Assembly (NCBI GenBank): GCA_963749155.1
Contig: CAVVLO010000005.1
Location: forward strand, 352,001 to 416,000
DNA: 64,000 bases
Direction of reading: 5' to 3'
DNA from: an uncultured Armatimonadia bacterium
Lineage (GTDB): Bacteria > Armatimonadota > Zipacnadia > CAVVLO01
A program made the position numbers and the translations under genes. Below the pieces are notes generated by a model. It saw only the letters and a list, made by a program, of their open reading frames with translations, ran no database searches and was not told the DNA's origin. Below, in pieces: positions 50,188-60,568 of the stretch; positions within the stretch are counted from its first letter, which is position 1, and each line of letters starts with the position of its first letter.

Positions 50188-52110
50188 ATGAGTCAAGAGA
50201 CGCAGCCAGTTCAGGAGCCAGACTTCTCAACCCAGGCCCCGCGGTGGGGCTTCTGGGTGCTTGGCCTTGTGCTGGTCGCCGCAACCTCCCTCTGGATTGC
50301 CTACAGCGAGGTGCCCGCGCGCGTCTTTATCAGCTCCTGGTGCCTGGTGATCCCCGCAGTGCTCGTGTTGGTCATCCTCGTGGCCCTTTCCTACTGGAAG
50401 AGGCTCGCGATAACCAGGCAGGAGATACTCCTCGTCTATCTGATGATCTCCGCGACCTCTGGTTTTGCTGGTTATGCGATGCTGCATATGCTGCTGCCAG
50501 TGGTTGGCACTGCGGCTTTTTATGCGGATGACTCCAACCACTACGATGAAGTGCTGGGCTGGCTTCCGCAGTTCGTAAAACCTTCCAGCCGCGCGCTGGT
50601 GCGCCCTCTGTTCATCGGCGAGTCGAGCCCCGACTGGCTGGCCTGGCTCCCGATTGCAGCCTTCTGGCTTGGGTTTATGCTGGTCGCTTTCTGCGTGATG
50701 CTTTCCATCAACCTGCTGGTCTGGCGCAGGTGGGTCAGGCGAGAAAGGCTCAGCTTTCCGCTGGCGCAGATCCCCCTGGAGCTGGTCGAGAAACGCCGGG
50801 GCTGGTTGACCAACCGCACCCTCTGGATTGGCGCCTCCATCCCGATTGCACTGCAGACCCTGCTCGCCTTCAACTACTGGTATCCGGCTGTGCCGGCCTT
50901 CCTGCTCAAACACGAGGACTTCGCGCCCAGCCTTTTTGTGAATCTGCCGTGGAAAGCGGTCGGGCGGTTCTTCCTCAAAGGCTCGCCCTTCTTCTTCGGA
51001 ATCGCTTATCTTGCGCCGACTGACCTGTCCTTCAGCCTGTGGTTCTTTATGGCAGTGCGCTTCGTAGTGCTTATCGGGTCCAATATTCTGGGGCTGGATG
51101 CCCCCTTCGGGGCGCATGGCAGGGCTTTCCCCTTTATTGCGGAGTCCAACGTCGGCTCGTATGCTGCTTTTGGGCTGGCGGCCCTCTGGCTGGTGCGGAA
51201 GGACACCCTCGACCTTATCCGGCGCGCGCGCGCCAAAGCGCCCCTCGAAGAAGACGACCGGATGGCGCTGTTTGGACTTTGGGGCCTCGGGTTCGGGCTG
51301 ATTGGCCTGATACTTTTTGGCTGGGTGCTGGGCCTGCCCTGGTGGCTTACCCTGGTTATCTTTGGGCTCTTCCTGCTGTTTGGGGTTACTCTCTCGCGCG
51401 CCAGGGCCGAAGCTGGGCCGCCCTGGGTGTTTGGCTCGCGCACTTCCACCGACGTCGTGATGAACACCCTTGGCACAGCGCGCTTCGAAGGTAAAAGTCT
51501 GGTGGGGCTTTCCAGCGTGATGTGGTTCCTGGCGGATATCCGAAGCATCCCGATGCCCGCCCAACTCGAAGGCCTGAAACTGGCCGATGCCTCGGGCCTG
51601 TCGCGCAAGAAGACGGCCGTCGCCTTGATTGCGGCGACCTGTGTCGCGCTGATAGCGGGCTTCGCGGCGACGCTGGCGGCCTCGCACCTCTATGGCCTAA
51701 GCTCCGCCAAAGTCTATGGCGGGCCGCGCTGGGTTGGTTTCTGGGCCAATGACACCGCCGTCCGCTGGCTTAGAGAGGGCAGTCTGCCCGACCTGTCGGA
51801 AGTCACTCTGGCCATCCCAGGCGCCATCATCACCTGGGCGTTGATGCTGCTGCGCACCCATATCACCTGGTGGCCGCTCAATCCTATTGGCTACGTGCTG
51901 TCAAACAACCCGACTGGCGAAGTCTTCTGGTTCGCCTATTTCTGCGCCTGGCTTATCAAGACTCTCATTGTCCGGTATGGAGGCATCCGCCTTTACCGCA
52001 AGACCATCCCCTTCGCGCTGGGTATCGCACTTGGCGATATGATTATCCAGGGCTTCTGGAGTGCTCTTTCTTCGATCTTCAACCTGCCTGTCTACCAGTT
52101 CATTAGCTAA
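50188..52110 (+). CDS. Polytopic membrane protein (DUF6785/DUF6784-like, putative transporter)
   Basis: WVRRERLSFPL, RARAEAG and WWPLNPIGY..YGGIRLYRK motifs; many TM segments. Confidence 0.75.
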   Translation: MSQETQPVQEPDFSTQAPRWGFWVLGLVLVAATSLWIAYSEVPARVFISSWCLVIPAVLVLVILVALSYWKRLAITRQEILLVYLMISATSGFAGYAMLHMLLPVVGTAAFYADDSNHYDEVLGWLPQFVKPSSRALVRPLFIGESSPDWLAWLPIAAFWLGFMLVAFCVMLSINLLVWRRWVRRERLSFPLAQIPLELVEKRRGWLTNRTLWIGASIPIALQTLLAFNYWYPAVPAFLLKHEDFAPSLFVNLPWKAVGRFFLKGSPFFFGIAYLAPTDLSFSLWFFMAVRFVVLIGSNILGLDAPFGAHGRAFPFIAESNVGSYAAFGLAALWLVRKDTLDLIRRARAKAPLEEDDRMALFGLWGLGFGLIGLILFGWVLGLPWWLTLVIFGLFLLFGVTLSRARAEAGPPWVFGSRTSTDVVMNTLGTARFEGKSLVGLSSVMWFLADIRSIPMPAQLEGLKLADASGLSRKKTAVALIAATCVALIAGFAATLAASHLYGLSSAKVYGGPRWVGFWANDTAVRWLREGSLPDLSEVTLAIPGAIITWALMLLRTHITWWPLNPIGYVLSNNPTGEVFWFAYFCAWLIKTLIVRYGGIRLYRKTIPFALGIALGDMIIQGFWSALSSIFNLPVYQFIS

Positions 52111-52156
52111 GCTGGTGGTATAATCGCCGGCACCTGGCGATACTGGGGGGACCTTT

Positions 52157-53531
52157 ATGAAAGCCGTTATCCTGGCCGCGGGCCGAGGCAGCTATTTCCA
52201 GCCTTTCGACTACTACAGGCCCAAGACCCTCTGGCCTGTCTGCGAGAAGCCGCTGCTCGGGCATCTCTTCGACCGCCTGAAAGCGGTCGGCATATCGAAG
52301 ATTGCGGTTGTAGCTGGCCATCGCAAAGAGCGCATCGCTTACTGGCTTGCTGCTAACCCGCAAGAAGGCCTGGCCGTTACCTTGCTTGAACAGAGGGCGC
52401 CCCTCGGCACTGCCGATGCCCTGCTGGCCGCTGAAGAGTGGCTTGCCGGCGAGGACGCCCTGGTCGTTTATGGCGATCTGGCCTTTGGGCCAGGCGTTTT
52501 GCCGCAGGTTCTAGAGGCCTTTCAGCAGGCCGAACTGGGCGTGGTAGCGACCAAGCAGGTCGAAAAGGCCGGCCACTATGCGCGCGTGCATAGCGCAGAG
52601 GGCAAAGCTAGCGGTTACTCCGCTCCAGAGGCTGAGGCGCGCCAGGCCGCTGTCCTCGCAGGAATATGGGCCTTGCGTCCGGCCGCTGTGAGGTTTGCTG
52701 CCTCTGTTTCCGGCTTGTTGCAGGAGACCTTTGTCGGTACCCCGCCCAAAGAAGAACGCGACCTGCTTGAGCTTATTCCGCTTGCCTCAGCTGCCGGGAC
52801 ACCCCTCTCCACTTGCGCGCTGGAAAACTGGTGGGTAGATGTAGATTTCGCCTGGGACACCGTCCGGGCTTATCGCCACCTGTTTGAGGAACGTATCGCG
52901 AAGCTGGCCGGCCAGGTGGTAGTCGCCGAGGGAGGCCTGATTGAAGAGGGCGCCCGGGTGAGCGGGCCTGTCTATGTAGGGCCTGGCGCGGTGGTCGAGG
53001 CTGGCGCTTGCCTTGAAGGGCCTGTCTGGCTCGAGGCGGGCGCGCGAGTCAGGTTCGGCAGCCTGGTGCATTCAGGTACCTGGGTGGGGAAGGGCAGCCG
53101 GATTGGGCCCAAATGCCGAGGTACGCGGGATGCTGGATGAGGATTGCACCGCACTCCATTGTTGTGAATTCGAAGGTATCGCTTTGAAAGGTTCGCGCTT
53201 TTCGCACTATATGGAGCTGGCGGGCATCTTCGGCGAGGGCTCCGAGATTGGCGCTGGCACGATGACAGGCACCTTGCGCTTTGATAATGGGCTGACCCGG
53301 GTCAAGTTGAAGGGGCGCTACTATGAGGCTGAAGAGCTTTCCGGCGTGCTGTATGGCGATTATTCGCGCACTGGAGTTGGCGCCCTGCTTATGCCTGGGC
53401 GCATCATCGGGCCTGCGGGCATCGTCGGGGCGGGCGTGGTGCTTGAGCAAAACGTGGCGCCCCATACTCTTGTCAGGCTGGAGCAGCAAACAGTAATAAC
53501 CGAATGGCCCCGAGAGATTTACGAGACCTGA
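52157..53531 (+). CDS. Sugar-phosphate nucleotidyltransferase with left-handed beta-helix (GlmU-like), +1 frameshift at ~53112
   Basis: KAVILAAG, PK, LGTADA and YGD motifs, hexapeptide repeats; upstream TGGTATAAT. Confidence 0.8.
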
Positions 53532-53551
53532 GCAACCGAAGTCAGTGACCC

Positions 53552-53581
53552 TTGACAGGTCGCGCCGGGCGGTGCTATATT
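53552..53581 (+). promoter_or_regulatory. Sigma70 promoter of rplU-rpmA
   Basis: TTGACA-18 nt-TATATT with TG extension. Confidence 0.75.
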
Positions 53582-53656
53582 ATGGCGCCGCCGCGGGGCA
53601 GGGACCATCAGCCTGCGCGGCGAGTTTGCCGCGCGTCACCAGTGGGTGAACCTTAG

Positions 53657-53971
53657 ATGTACGCAGTAGCCAAGATAAAAGGTAAGCAGTACAAACTCGA
53701 AGAGGGCACTATCGTCTTCGTCGACCTTCTGAAGGCCGAGACGGGCTCTACTGTTGCCTTCGAGGAAGTCTATCTGCTTGCAGAGGACGACAAAGTCGAA
53801 GTAGGCACTCCCGTACTCGCGGGCGTGACGATTTCTGCGACCGTGCTGGGCGAAGAGAAAGACAAAAAGATCCGCATCGCCAAGTTCAAGTCGAAGCGTA
53901 ACGAGTGGCACAAGGTCCAGGGACATCGCCAGCGCTACACCAAGATCAGGATAGACAAAATCACGAAGTAA
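53657..53971 (+). CDS. rplU: 50S ribosomal protein L21
   Basis: MYAV..GKQYK and GHRQRYT motifs. Confidence 0.96.
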   Translation: MYAVAKIKGKQYKLEEGTIVFVDLLKAETGSTVAFEEVYLLAEDDKVEVGTPVLAGVTISATVLGEEKDKKIRIAKFKSKRNEWHKVQGHRQRYTKIRIDKITK

Positions 53972-54014
53972 TTTCCCTCGCCCTTTGGCGAGCTTAGCCT
54001 GGAGTTGAGACTTA

Positions 54015-54284
54015 ATGGCACATAAAAAAGCAGGCGGCTCTAGCCGCAACGGTCGCGACAGTAATGCTCAGCGTCGGGGCGTAAAGGCCTACGGTGGCGA
54101 GTTCGTGCGCGCAGGGGCCATCATTGTGCGTCAGTGCGGCACCCCCATCAAGCCGGGGAAGAACGTCGGGCTTGGCAGAGATTACACCATCTATTCACTT
54201 ATCGAAGGTACCGTGAAGTTCGAGATCTTCGGCAAGGGCAAGAAGGAGAGGCGCGTCTCCGTCGACCCAATCGTTGTAGCTTAG
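54015..54284 (+). CDS. rpmA: 50S ribosomal protein L27
   Basis: [16 protein letters not shown]. Confidence 0.98.
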   Translation: MAHKKAGGSSRNGRDSNAQRRGVKAYGGEFVRAGAIIVRQCGTPIKPGKNVGLGRDYTIYSLIEGTVKFEIFGKGKKERRVSVDPIVVA

Positions 54285-54333
54285 GAGACAGCTTCAATCA
54301 GGTTTGTGGCTAGTGGCCTCGAGGTGAAGGCAG

Positions 54334-55659
54334 TTGTCTGACAGCAATGAGCAGAAACTGGCAGCCTTCCTTGACGAGGCCACTCTCTTTGTCAAAGCAG
54401 GTAACGGTGGCGATGGGATGGCTCATTTCCACCGGGAGAAGTTCGTGCCGCGCGGTGGTCCCGATGGTGGAGATGGGGCGCCGGGCGGTTCTGTCGTTTT
54501 GGAAGCTACCTCCAGGCTGAGTTCACTCCTCGAATTTAAATACCAGCATCAGTTCAAGGCCGAGGTCGGGGGCAAGGGTGGCACCAACAACCGCGTTGGC
54601 GCGGCTGGCGCTGACCTGGTCATCCCCGTGCCTGCGGGCACGCAAATCTTTGATGCCGACTCGGGCGAGTTGCTGGCCGACCTCAGGATTGCCGGGTCGA
54701 CCGCGATTGTTGCGAGTGGTGGCCGGGGAGGCCGGGGCAATGCCTCCTTTACCGATCCTGTCCATCAGGCGCCTACCCTTGCCGAGATGGGCGAGCCGGG
54801 GGAGGAGCGCAACCTTCGCCTCGAACTCAAACTGCTGGCTGATGTCGGTTTGCTTGGATTGCCCAACGCGGGCAAGTCCAGCCTCATTACCCAGGTCTCT
54901 CGGGCGCGCCCGAAGATAGCCAATTATCCCTTTACAACCCTTAAGCCTCATTTGGGCGTCGTCAAGACTGACCAGGTAGAGTTCACTATGGCTGATCTGC
55001 CAGGGCTTATCGAGGGCGCCAGTGAAGGGGCGGGGCTGGGACATGACTTCCTCAGGCATCTGGAGCGCTGCGGCGTGCTGGTTCACGTCGTGGACTGTTC
55101 CGAGAAGACCCCTGAAGAGGCTTTGGGGGCCTGGCAGACTCTGCGCACCGAGCTTGAGCGTTATGACTCCGACCTGGCGCGCCGCCCCGAGTTTATCGTG
55201 CTCAACAAGTTCGACCTGTGGGCCTTCGATGAGGAAGCTGTCGAGGAATACACCAAGCAGTTCAAGTCGACAGGCAGGCAGGTCTTCTGTGCAAGCACCG
55301 CGACCGGCTGGGGCCTGGATTCACTGATTAACACCCTGGGCGCTCTCGTCGATGCCGAGCGCGCGGCCAACCCGGTACTGGAAGAGCCGCAGCATCTGGA
55401 TTGTTCTCGAACTGAAGCCCCTCTTGAGGTCAACGCTTCCGAAGAGGAAGAAGACGTCTTTCTTGTCTCTGGCGGAGGGATAGAAAAGTTTCTGTGGCGA
55501 GTTGACTTCACAAGCACCGAGGCGTTGTATTATCTGCATAAGCGTATGCAGCGCATTGGGGTCATCGACAAGCTGCGCGCGCTGGGCGCAAGGGAAGGTT
55601 CGACCGTCAGGATTGGCGAGTTCGAGCTGCAATTCACCGATATGCCCCTCTTCGACTGA
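54334..55659 (+). CDS. obgE: GTPase Obg
   Basis: GGPDGGDG, GLPNAGKS, YPFTT, DLPG and NKFD motifs; C-terminal extension. Confidence 0.97.
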   Translation: MSDSNEQKLAAFLDEATLFVKAGNGGDGMAHFHREKFVPRGGPDGGDGAPGGSVVLEATSRLSSLLEFKYQHQFKAEVGGKGGTNNRVGAAGADLVIPVPAGTQIFDADSGELLADLRIAGSTAIVASGGRGGRGNASFTDPVHQAPTLAEMGEPGEERNLRLELKLLADVGLLGLPNAGKSSLITQVSRARPKIANYPFTTLKPHLGVVKTDQVEFTMADLPGLIEGASEGAGLGHDFLRHLERCGVLVHVVDCSEKTPEEALGAWQTLRTELERYDSDLARRPEFIVLNKFDLWAFDEEAVEEYTKQFKSTGRQVFCASTATGWGLDSLINTLGALVDAERAANPVLEEPQHLDCSRTEAPLEVNASEEEEDVFLVSGGGIEKFLWRVDFTSTEALYYLHKRMQRIGVIDKLRALGAREGSTVRIGEFELQFTDMPLFD

Positions 55660-55671
55660 GGAGAGACGCCC

Positions 55672-56775
55672 TTGGCGAACTGCAATCTGAAAAAACTGGT
55701 TGTGAAACTTGGTAGCTCGTCGCTTTCCGCTCCCGGTGGAGGGCTGGACGAGGCCTATATGGCGAACCTGGCCGAGCAAGTGGGCAAATTGCGCTCTCTA
55801 GGCTGGGAGACCTTGCTTGTCAGTTCGGGGGCTGTGCGCTCAGGGCTGCAATTGCTTGGCGTCGACCAGCCTGACGAACTCACCGCTCAGCAGGCCCTTG
55901 CCGCGGTAGGCCAGAGCGCCCTGATGAACACGTGGGGAAGGGCCTTCCAAAAGCAGCAGCTTCACGTCGGGCAGGTACTGCTGACCCGTTATGACCTCGA
56001 AGACCGCGCTCGATACCTCAATGCCCGCGCCTGTCTTGTCGAGCTTTTCCGCCTGGGCGTCGTGCCTGTTGTCAACGAAAATGATACAGTTGCCGTGGAT
56101 GAGCTATGTTTCGGTGACAACGACACTCTGGCGGCGATGGTCGCCTCGATGCTGGATGCAGACCTGTTGGTGCTACTCACCGATGTAGAGGGCTTTTATT
56201 CTGACCTCGAACAAAAAACTGTGATCCGCGAGGTGGCCTCCGTGGACAAGACGCTGTTCGCCCTGGATTTCGGCAAGGGTGACAGCGTTTCGCGCGGGGG
56301 GATGGCGACCAAACTGCAGGCGGCGCGGCTAGCCACAAAGGCGGGTATCGAGGTTGTGCTGGCTCACGCCAGGGCTGATGAGGTACTGGTCAGGGCAGCC
56401 GACGGGCAGGAAGTCGGCACGCGCTTTGTAGCGCAGAGCAAGCGACTCGAAAACCGCAAGCGCTGGCTAGCTTATGCGCGGGTCAAGCGCGGCACGCTTA
56501 CTGTAAATGACGGCGCGCGCCTGGCCTTGCTCGAGCGCGGCAAGAGCCTGCTCGCGGCCGGCCTTGTGAAAGTGGCTGGACGCTTTGAGGCAGGCGATCT
56601 TGTCGATATCGCCGATGAGGCGGGCGAAGTGCTTGCGCGTGGTCTGGTAAGATACGGTTATCGCGAACTCCAGCAGGTTATGGGCCTGCGCTCCGCCGAG
56701 GCGCGCAAGCAACTTGGCGATGAGTTCGTCTGTGAAGAAGTTGTGCATCGCGATGATATGGTTGTAAATCCTTAG
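55672..56775 (+). CDS. proB: Glutamate 5-kinase
   Basis: VVKLGSS, NENDTV, GDNDTL and GGMATK motifs; PUA domain. Confidence 0.97.
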   Translation: MANCNLKKLVVKLGSSSLSAPGGGLDEAYMANLAEQVGKLRSLGWETLLVSSGAVRSGLQLLGVDQPDELTAQQALAAVGQSALMNTWGRAFQKQQLHVGQVLLTRYDLEDRARYLNARACLVELFRLGVVPVVNENDTVAVDELCFGDNDTLAAMVASMLDADLLVLLTDVEGFYSDLEQKTVIREVASVDKTLFALDFGKGDSVSRGGMATKLQAARLATKAGIEVVLAHARADEVLVRAADGQEVGTRFVAQSKRLENRKRWLAYARVKRGTLTVNDGARLALLERGKSLLAAGLVKVAGRFEAGDLVDIADEAGEVLARGLVRYGYRELQQVMGLRSAEARKQLGDEFVCEEVVHRDDMVVNP

Positions 56776-56789
56776 GAGGTACGTGCCCC

Positions 56790-58052
56790 GTGGAGCCACT
56801 TGTCGAAGTCCAGACCAAAGGCCAGGCTGCCAGGCGCGCTGCTCTTGTGCTCGCTTCGCTGCCGACTGCGGATAAGAACAAAGCCCTCGAACTTATTGCT
56901 GATCTGCTCGAAGAGCGGACCGGTTATATCCTCACCGAGAACACCAAAGATATGCGCGCCGGCAAGGAAAACGGTATGACGGAAGCCTTGCTGGACAGGT
57001 TGCTGCTGAGCGAAGGGCGGCTGAAGAGCATAGCCGATTCGGTGCGCGAGGTCGTAGGGCTTGCCGATCCGGTAGGCGAGGTCGTTGATGGGCTGCGCCG
57101 GCCCAATGGACTGCGAATCACCCGTATAAGGGTGCCAATGGGCGTGGTGGGGATCATCTACGAGGCCCGCCCAAACGTGACAGTGGACGCCGCGGCGCTC
57201 TGCCTCAAGTCAGGCAATGCGGTCGTGCTGCGCGGCGGCAAGGAAGCCATCCGCAGTAATACCGCTCTCGTAAGGGTCATCCAGGAAGGCCTCGAGAAAG
57301 CCGGGCTTCCCAAGGACTCTGTCCAGCTCATCGAGAACACCGACCGGGAGACCGCCCGAGAGCTTATGCGCGCAAAGGCTTATCTCGACGTGCTGATCCC
57401 GCGCGGCGGAGCGGGGCTTATCCAGAGTGTTACCGAAAATGCCACCGTGCCGACCATAGAGACGGGCGTTGGCAATTGTCACGTTTATATTGATTCGCCA
57501 AGCAAACTGGAGATCGCCAAGCCTCTCGTGGTGAACTCCAAGTGCCACCGGCCAGGCGTCTGCAACGCCGCCGAGACTCTCCTGGTGCATCAGGACGTCG
57601 CGGCAGAATACCTCCCTGTGCTTGTACAGGCGCTTGTGGACAGCAAGGTGGAGCTGCGCGGCTGCGATATGACACGCCAACTCTGTCCAGAGTTGCCCAT
57701 CAAGCCTGCCACCGAGGACGACTGGCGCGAGGAGTATCTGGCCCTGGTGATGGCGGTCAAAGTGGTCACTTCGCTGGAGGAGGCCATCGCCCATATCAAC
57801 ACTTATGGCACCAGGCACACTGAGGCCATCGTGACGGATGACTACTTCCACGCGACCCAGTTCTGCCAGCAGGTGGATGCAGCGGCGGTAAATGTAAACG
57901 CCTCGACGCGTTTCACTGATGGCGGGCAGTATGGGCTGGGCGCCGAGATAGGCATCAGCACGCAGAAGCTTCACGCGCGGGGGCCGATGGGGCTGCGCGA
58001 ACTTACAACCATAAAGTGGATCGTCCAGGGCGAGGGGCAGATCCGCAGCTAA
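56790..58052 (+). CDS. proA: Glutamate-5-semialdehyde dehydrogenase
   Basis: YEARPNVT, GVCNAAE, NASTRFTDG and STQKLHARGP motifs. Confidence 0.97.
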   Translation: MEPLVEVQTKGQAARRAALVLASLPTADKNKALELIADLLEERTGYILTENTKDMRAGKENGMTEALLDRLLLSEGRLKSIADSVREVVGLADPVGEVVDGLRRPNGLRITRIRVPMGVVGIIYEARPNVTVDAAALCLKSGNAVVLRGGKEAIRSNTALVRVIQEGLEKAGLPKDSVQLIENTDRETARELMRAKAYLDVLIPRGGAGLIQSVTENATVPTIETGVGNCHVYIDSPSKLEIAKPLVVNSKCHRPGVCNAAETLLVHQDVAAEYLPVLVQALVDSKVELRGCDMTRQLCPELPIKPATEDDWREEYLALVMAVKVVTSLEEAIAHINTYGTRHTEAIVTDDYFHATQFCQQVDAAAVNVNASTRFTDGGQYGLGAEIGISTQKLHARGPMGLRELTTIKWIVQGEGQIRS

Positions 58053-58075
58053 CTCGCGGCAATAAAGCTAAAGGT

Positions 58076-60568
58076 CTAATCGAGGTCCGGTGTCGTGGCG
58101 CCGGGCCTCAGTTTTTCGGCGGGGATTAGCACCAGGCGAGTCTCGCTGACAGACAGCGCAAACCTGAGCCTGCCCTGCTCATCCGCTGTCAGAGGCATTA
58201 CCCGGGTGCCCCCAACGGCGTCTCTTATCCCCAGGACATGGCTTGAGCCAGGCTGCACCCGGTACAGGCCATCCGAAAGCGTAAAGGCTACTTCCACCTG
58301 ACCAGCGGGACCGACCAGTTGCTCGCCTGTCTCGGTTTGCTGAAGCCCGGCGCCAGGGCCGAAGGCGTCCAGTTCTAGTCGGTCTGCGATAGCTTCTCGC
58401 GCCTGCAGCCAAACCTGATTATTGGAAGGTGTCGCCTGCAAAGCCAGCGGTGTCAGTAGTTGCGGGTCGGCGCTGGCAGCGCCAAACAGGCGCACCGTGT
58501 CAGAGGCAAGCCCCAGAGCGGGCGCGAATACCTGACAGATCGCCTCCTGGAAAACCGCACCTCCCAGGTGATGGACTTCCACCTCAAGAGGCAGCTTTCC
58601 CTCATCCCCTGACTGGGCGACGACAAACTGGGGGAAGGCCGCAATCCGCGCGCCATCTCGCCCGGGCAGCCGGTCGGGCGTCACAGGCATCAAGGCAGCC
58701 TGAGCGCGTTCCATCGCGAGGGGCAAATGGAACTTGCTCCAGGCGAGGTCTTCGCTGGACCATCTGGCCCAGAGACTGGTAGAGCCGAAAAACGCCCAGC
58801 CCGATTCGATGGGGTGAGCGAATATCCCGGCATAGACAGGGATGTTTATCAGGCGCGAGCGCATCGCCCGCCAGAGCATAAAGACATGGGTCTGATTACC
58901 GGGGAAGGCCATTACCCATCTGTCGCCGAAAGGCAGGCCTGACAAGGCCGCGTTGGTGGCTTCACCTGCGCGAAAAGCGGGCAAGGCCGAGATCTGCGTA
59001 TAGACCGCAAGCTCTCCTTGCCCTCCCAGCTCTTCGGCGAGCATCGGGAGCCCAAGCAGCAGCTTTGCATCCTCAGGCATCGAGGAGATATGCCCCTCTG
59101 CCCGGTCGCAGGCAAAGCCCAAATCGGCGATGAGGGCGCCACCTCCCGCTACGAAATCTCCAAGCGCGGCGGTGGCTTCTTCAGGCAGCTCAAACTGGGC
59201 AGGCAGCAGGCAGAGGCTATAGTTATCGAGGTTCACAAACTCCCACAGGTCGCGGCTCGATACCACATCGCAAGAGGCAAAAGGCGTGCCTTCGGAGAAA
59301 TCCGAAGCGCATCTCCAGTCATCGTCGAAAAACTGCTGATAGGCCGCGCCCAGGCCAAAATACTTGGGGAAGTGGGTCACAAGCACTGGGGTCAGTGCAG
59401 GCTGCACGAAACAGGCCGTCAGGCGCTTGCCCTCGGCAAGGGCAGCCTCGAGCTCCACTGCGTCAAGAGGTCTGCTGGGTAGAAACTGTTGGGGTATGAC
59501 CACGCCCGAGGTGCCGCGCAAAGCGGCTCGCTGGACGAACTCTTTCAATTTCAGGCCAGGCGCGCGCAGCCTGTCTTCTCGTCCCATATCGCTGGCATAT
59601 AAGGGGAAACAGGCGAACCGGTTGGCCCGCATACAGGCAGCGAGGGCGGGCAGAGAAAGTGCGCTTTCTCCCTCGGCTTGCTCGAAAAAAGCCGAAACAA
59701 ACATCCCCAGGTAGGCGGGAGGCACCACAAGGGCCACATACGGGTCGGCAGGCACATCCACCAGCAGCGGTCGCAGTGGATCATGCTGTTTAACTGCCGC
59801 AAGCAGCGCAAGCAGGCGGTCTTCATGAGCCTGGGCCCAGGCCAGATTGGGATCGAGCCAGGCATAACCGGGCGCGTGGAAGTTGGGCAGCGGCACATTG
59901 AGCGCATCGGAGAGGGTCAGCGTGTCAAAATTCGTCAGCGCGGTGCCCCAGGCCTGGTTTACCTGCGGCAGGTCGGCATAATTGGCGAGCACCCAACCCC
60001 GAAACTCTTTGGGGGTTGGCGGCAGGTAGGCGAGTTCACGATAATCTACTGTCCAGGCAACGACGCGCTTGCTGGCGGCAAGTTTCTTGACCAGGGGGCC
60101 GACAAGGGTGGGGAAGTTCTTCAGCGCGTCCTCGACTGCGATAGCCGCATCTCCGCGCGCAACATAGGGACGCAGTTCGAGGATGAGATAAAGGTCGGAC
60201 GCCTCGGCCGCCGCCAGGGCCTCCAGGGCCTCGTTCAGGGCAAGTTCGGGATTGCGGACAGTGATGGCGCGGATCACGGTATTGAGCCCGCAGGCCCGAC
60301 CGAGTTCCAGATTGTCAGGTTTCCGGTTGAACCAGCCTGCCAGTAAAGGAAGGGATCTGCCTTCGGCCGCAAGTACCACTTTGCCAAGCGCATTGCGCGT
60401 CAGGTTGGCCAGAGGCACTACGGGAGCAGGCGGGGGAGTAGCAGTCGGCTGAGCAGGAGCAGGCTGAGTGGGGGCCGGTTGCTCCTGGGCTGCGGCTGGC
60501 AAGGCGGTCAGAAGAGCGGCCGCCAGCAGCAGCGCCAGGAGGTATATTCCAGCTTTACTTGCCCGCAA
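58076..60568 (-). CDS. Secreted GH42-like hypothetical protein, divergent
   Basis: Signal peptide, Pro-rich linker, FRGWVLANYADLPQVNQAWGT, trimerisation-like GDFVAGGGALIAD. Confidence 0.6.
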   Translation of the reverse strand: MRASKAGIYLLALLLAAALLTALPAAAQEQPAPTQPAPAQPTATPPPAPVVPLANLTRNALGKVVLAAEGRSLPLLAGWFNRKPDNLELGRACGLNTVIRAITVRNPELALNEALEALAAAEASDLYLILELRPYVARGDAAIAVEDALKNFPTLVGPLVKKLAASKRVVAWTVDYRELAYLPPTPKEFRGWVLANYADLPQVNQAWGTALTNFDTLTLSDALNVPLPNFHAPGYAWLDPNLAWAQAHEDRLLALLAAVKQHDPLRPLLVDVPADPYVALVVPPAYLGMFVSAFFEQAEGESALSLPALAACMRANRFACFPLYASDMGREDRLRAPGLKLKEFVQRAALRGTSGVVIPQQFLPSRPLDAVELEAALAEGKRLTACFVQPALTPVLVTHFPKYFGLGAAYQQFFDDDWRCASDFSEGTPFASCDVVSSRDLWEFVNLDNYSLCLLPAQFELPEEATAALGDFVAGGGALIADLGFACDRAEGHISSMPEDAKLLLGLPMLAEELGGQGELAVYTQISALPAFRAGEATNAALSGLPFGDRWVMAFPGNQTHVFMLWRAMRSRLINIPVYAGIFAHPIESGWAFFGSTSLWARWSSEDLAWSKFHLPLAMERAQAALMPVTPDRLPGRDGARIAAFPQFVVAQSGDEGKLPLEVEVHHLGGAVFQEAICQVFAPALGLASDTVRLFGAASADPQLLTPLALQATPSNNQVWLQAREAIADRLELDAFGPGAGLQQTETGEQLVGPAGQVEVAFTLSDGLYRVQPGSSHVLGIRDAVGGTRVMPLTADEQGRLRFALSVSETRLVLIPAEKLRPGATTPDLD

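Noticed and set aside
60420..60490. QPAP-like repeats
   Set aside because: An ordinary Pro-rich linker after a signal peptide
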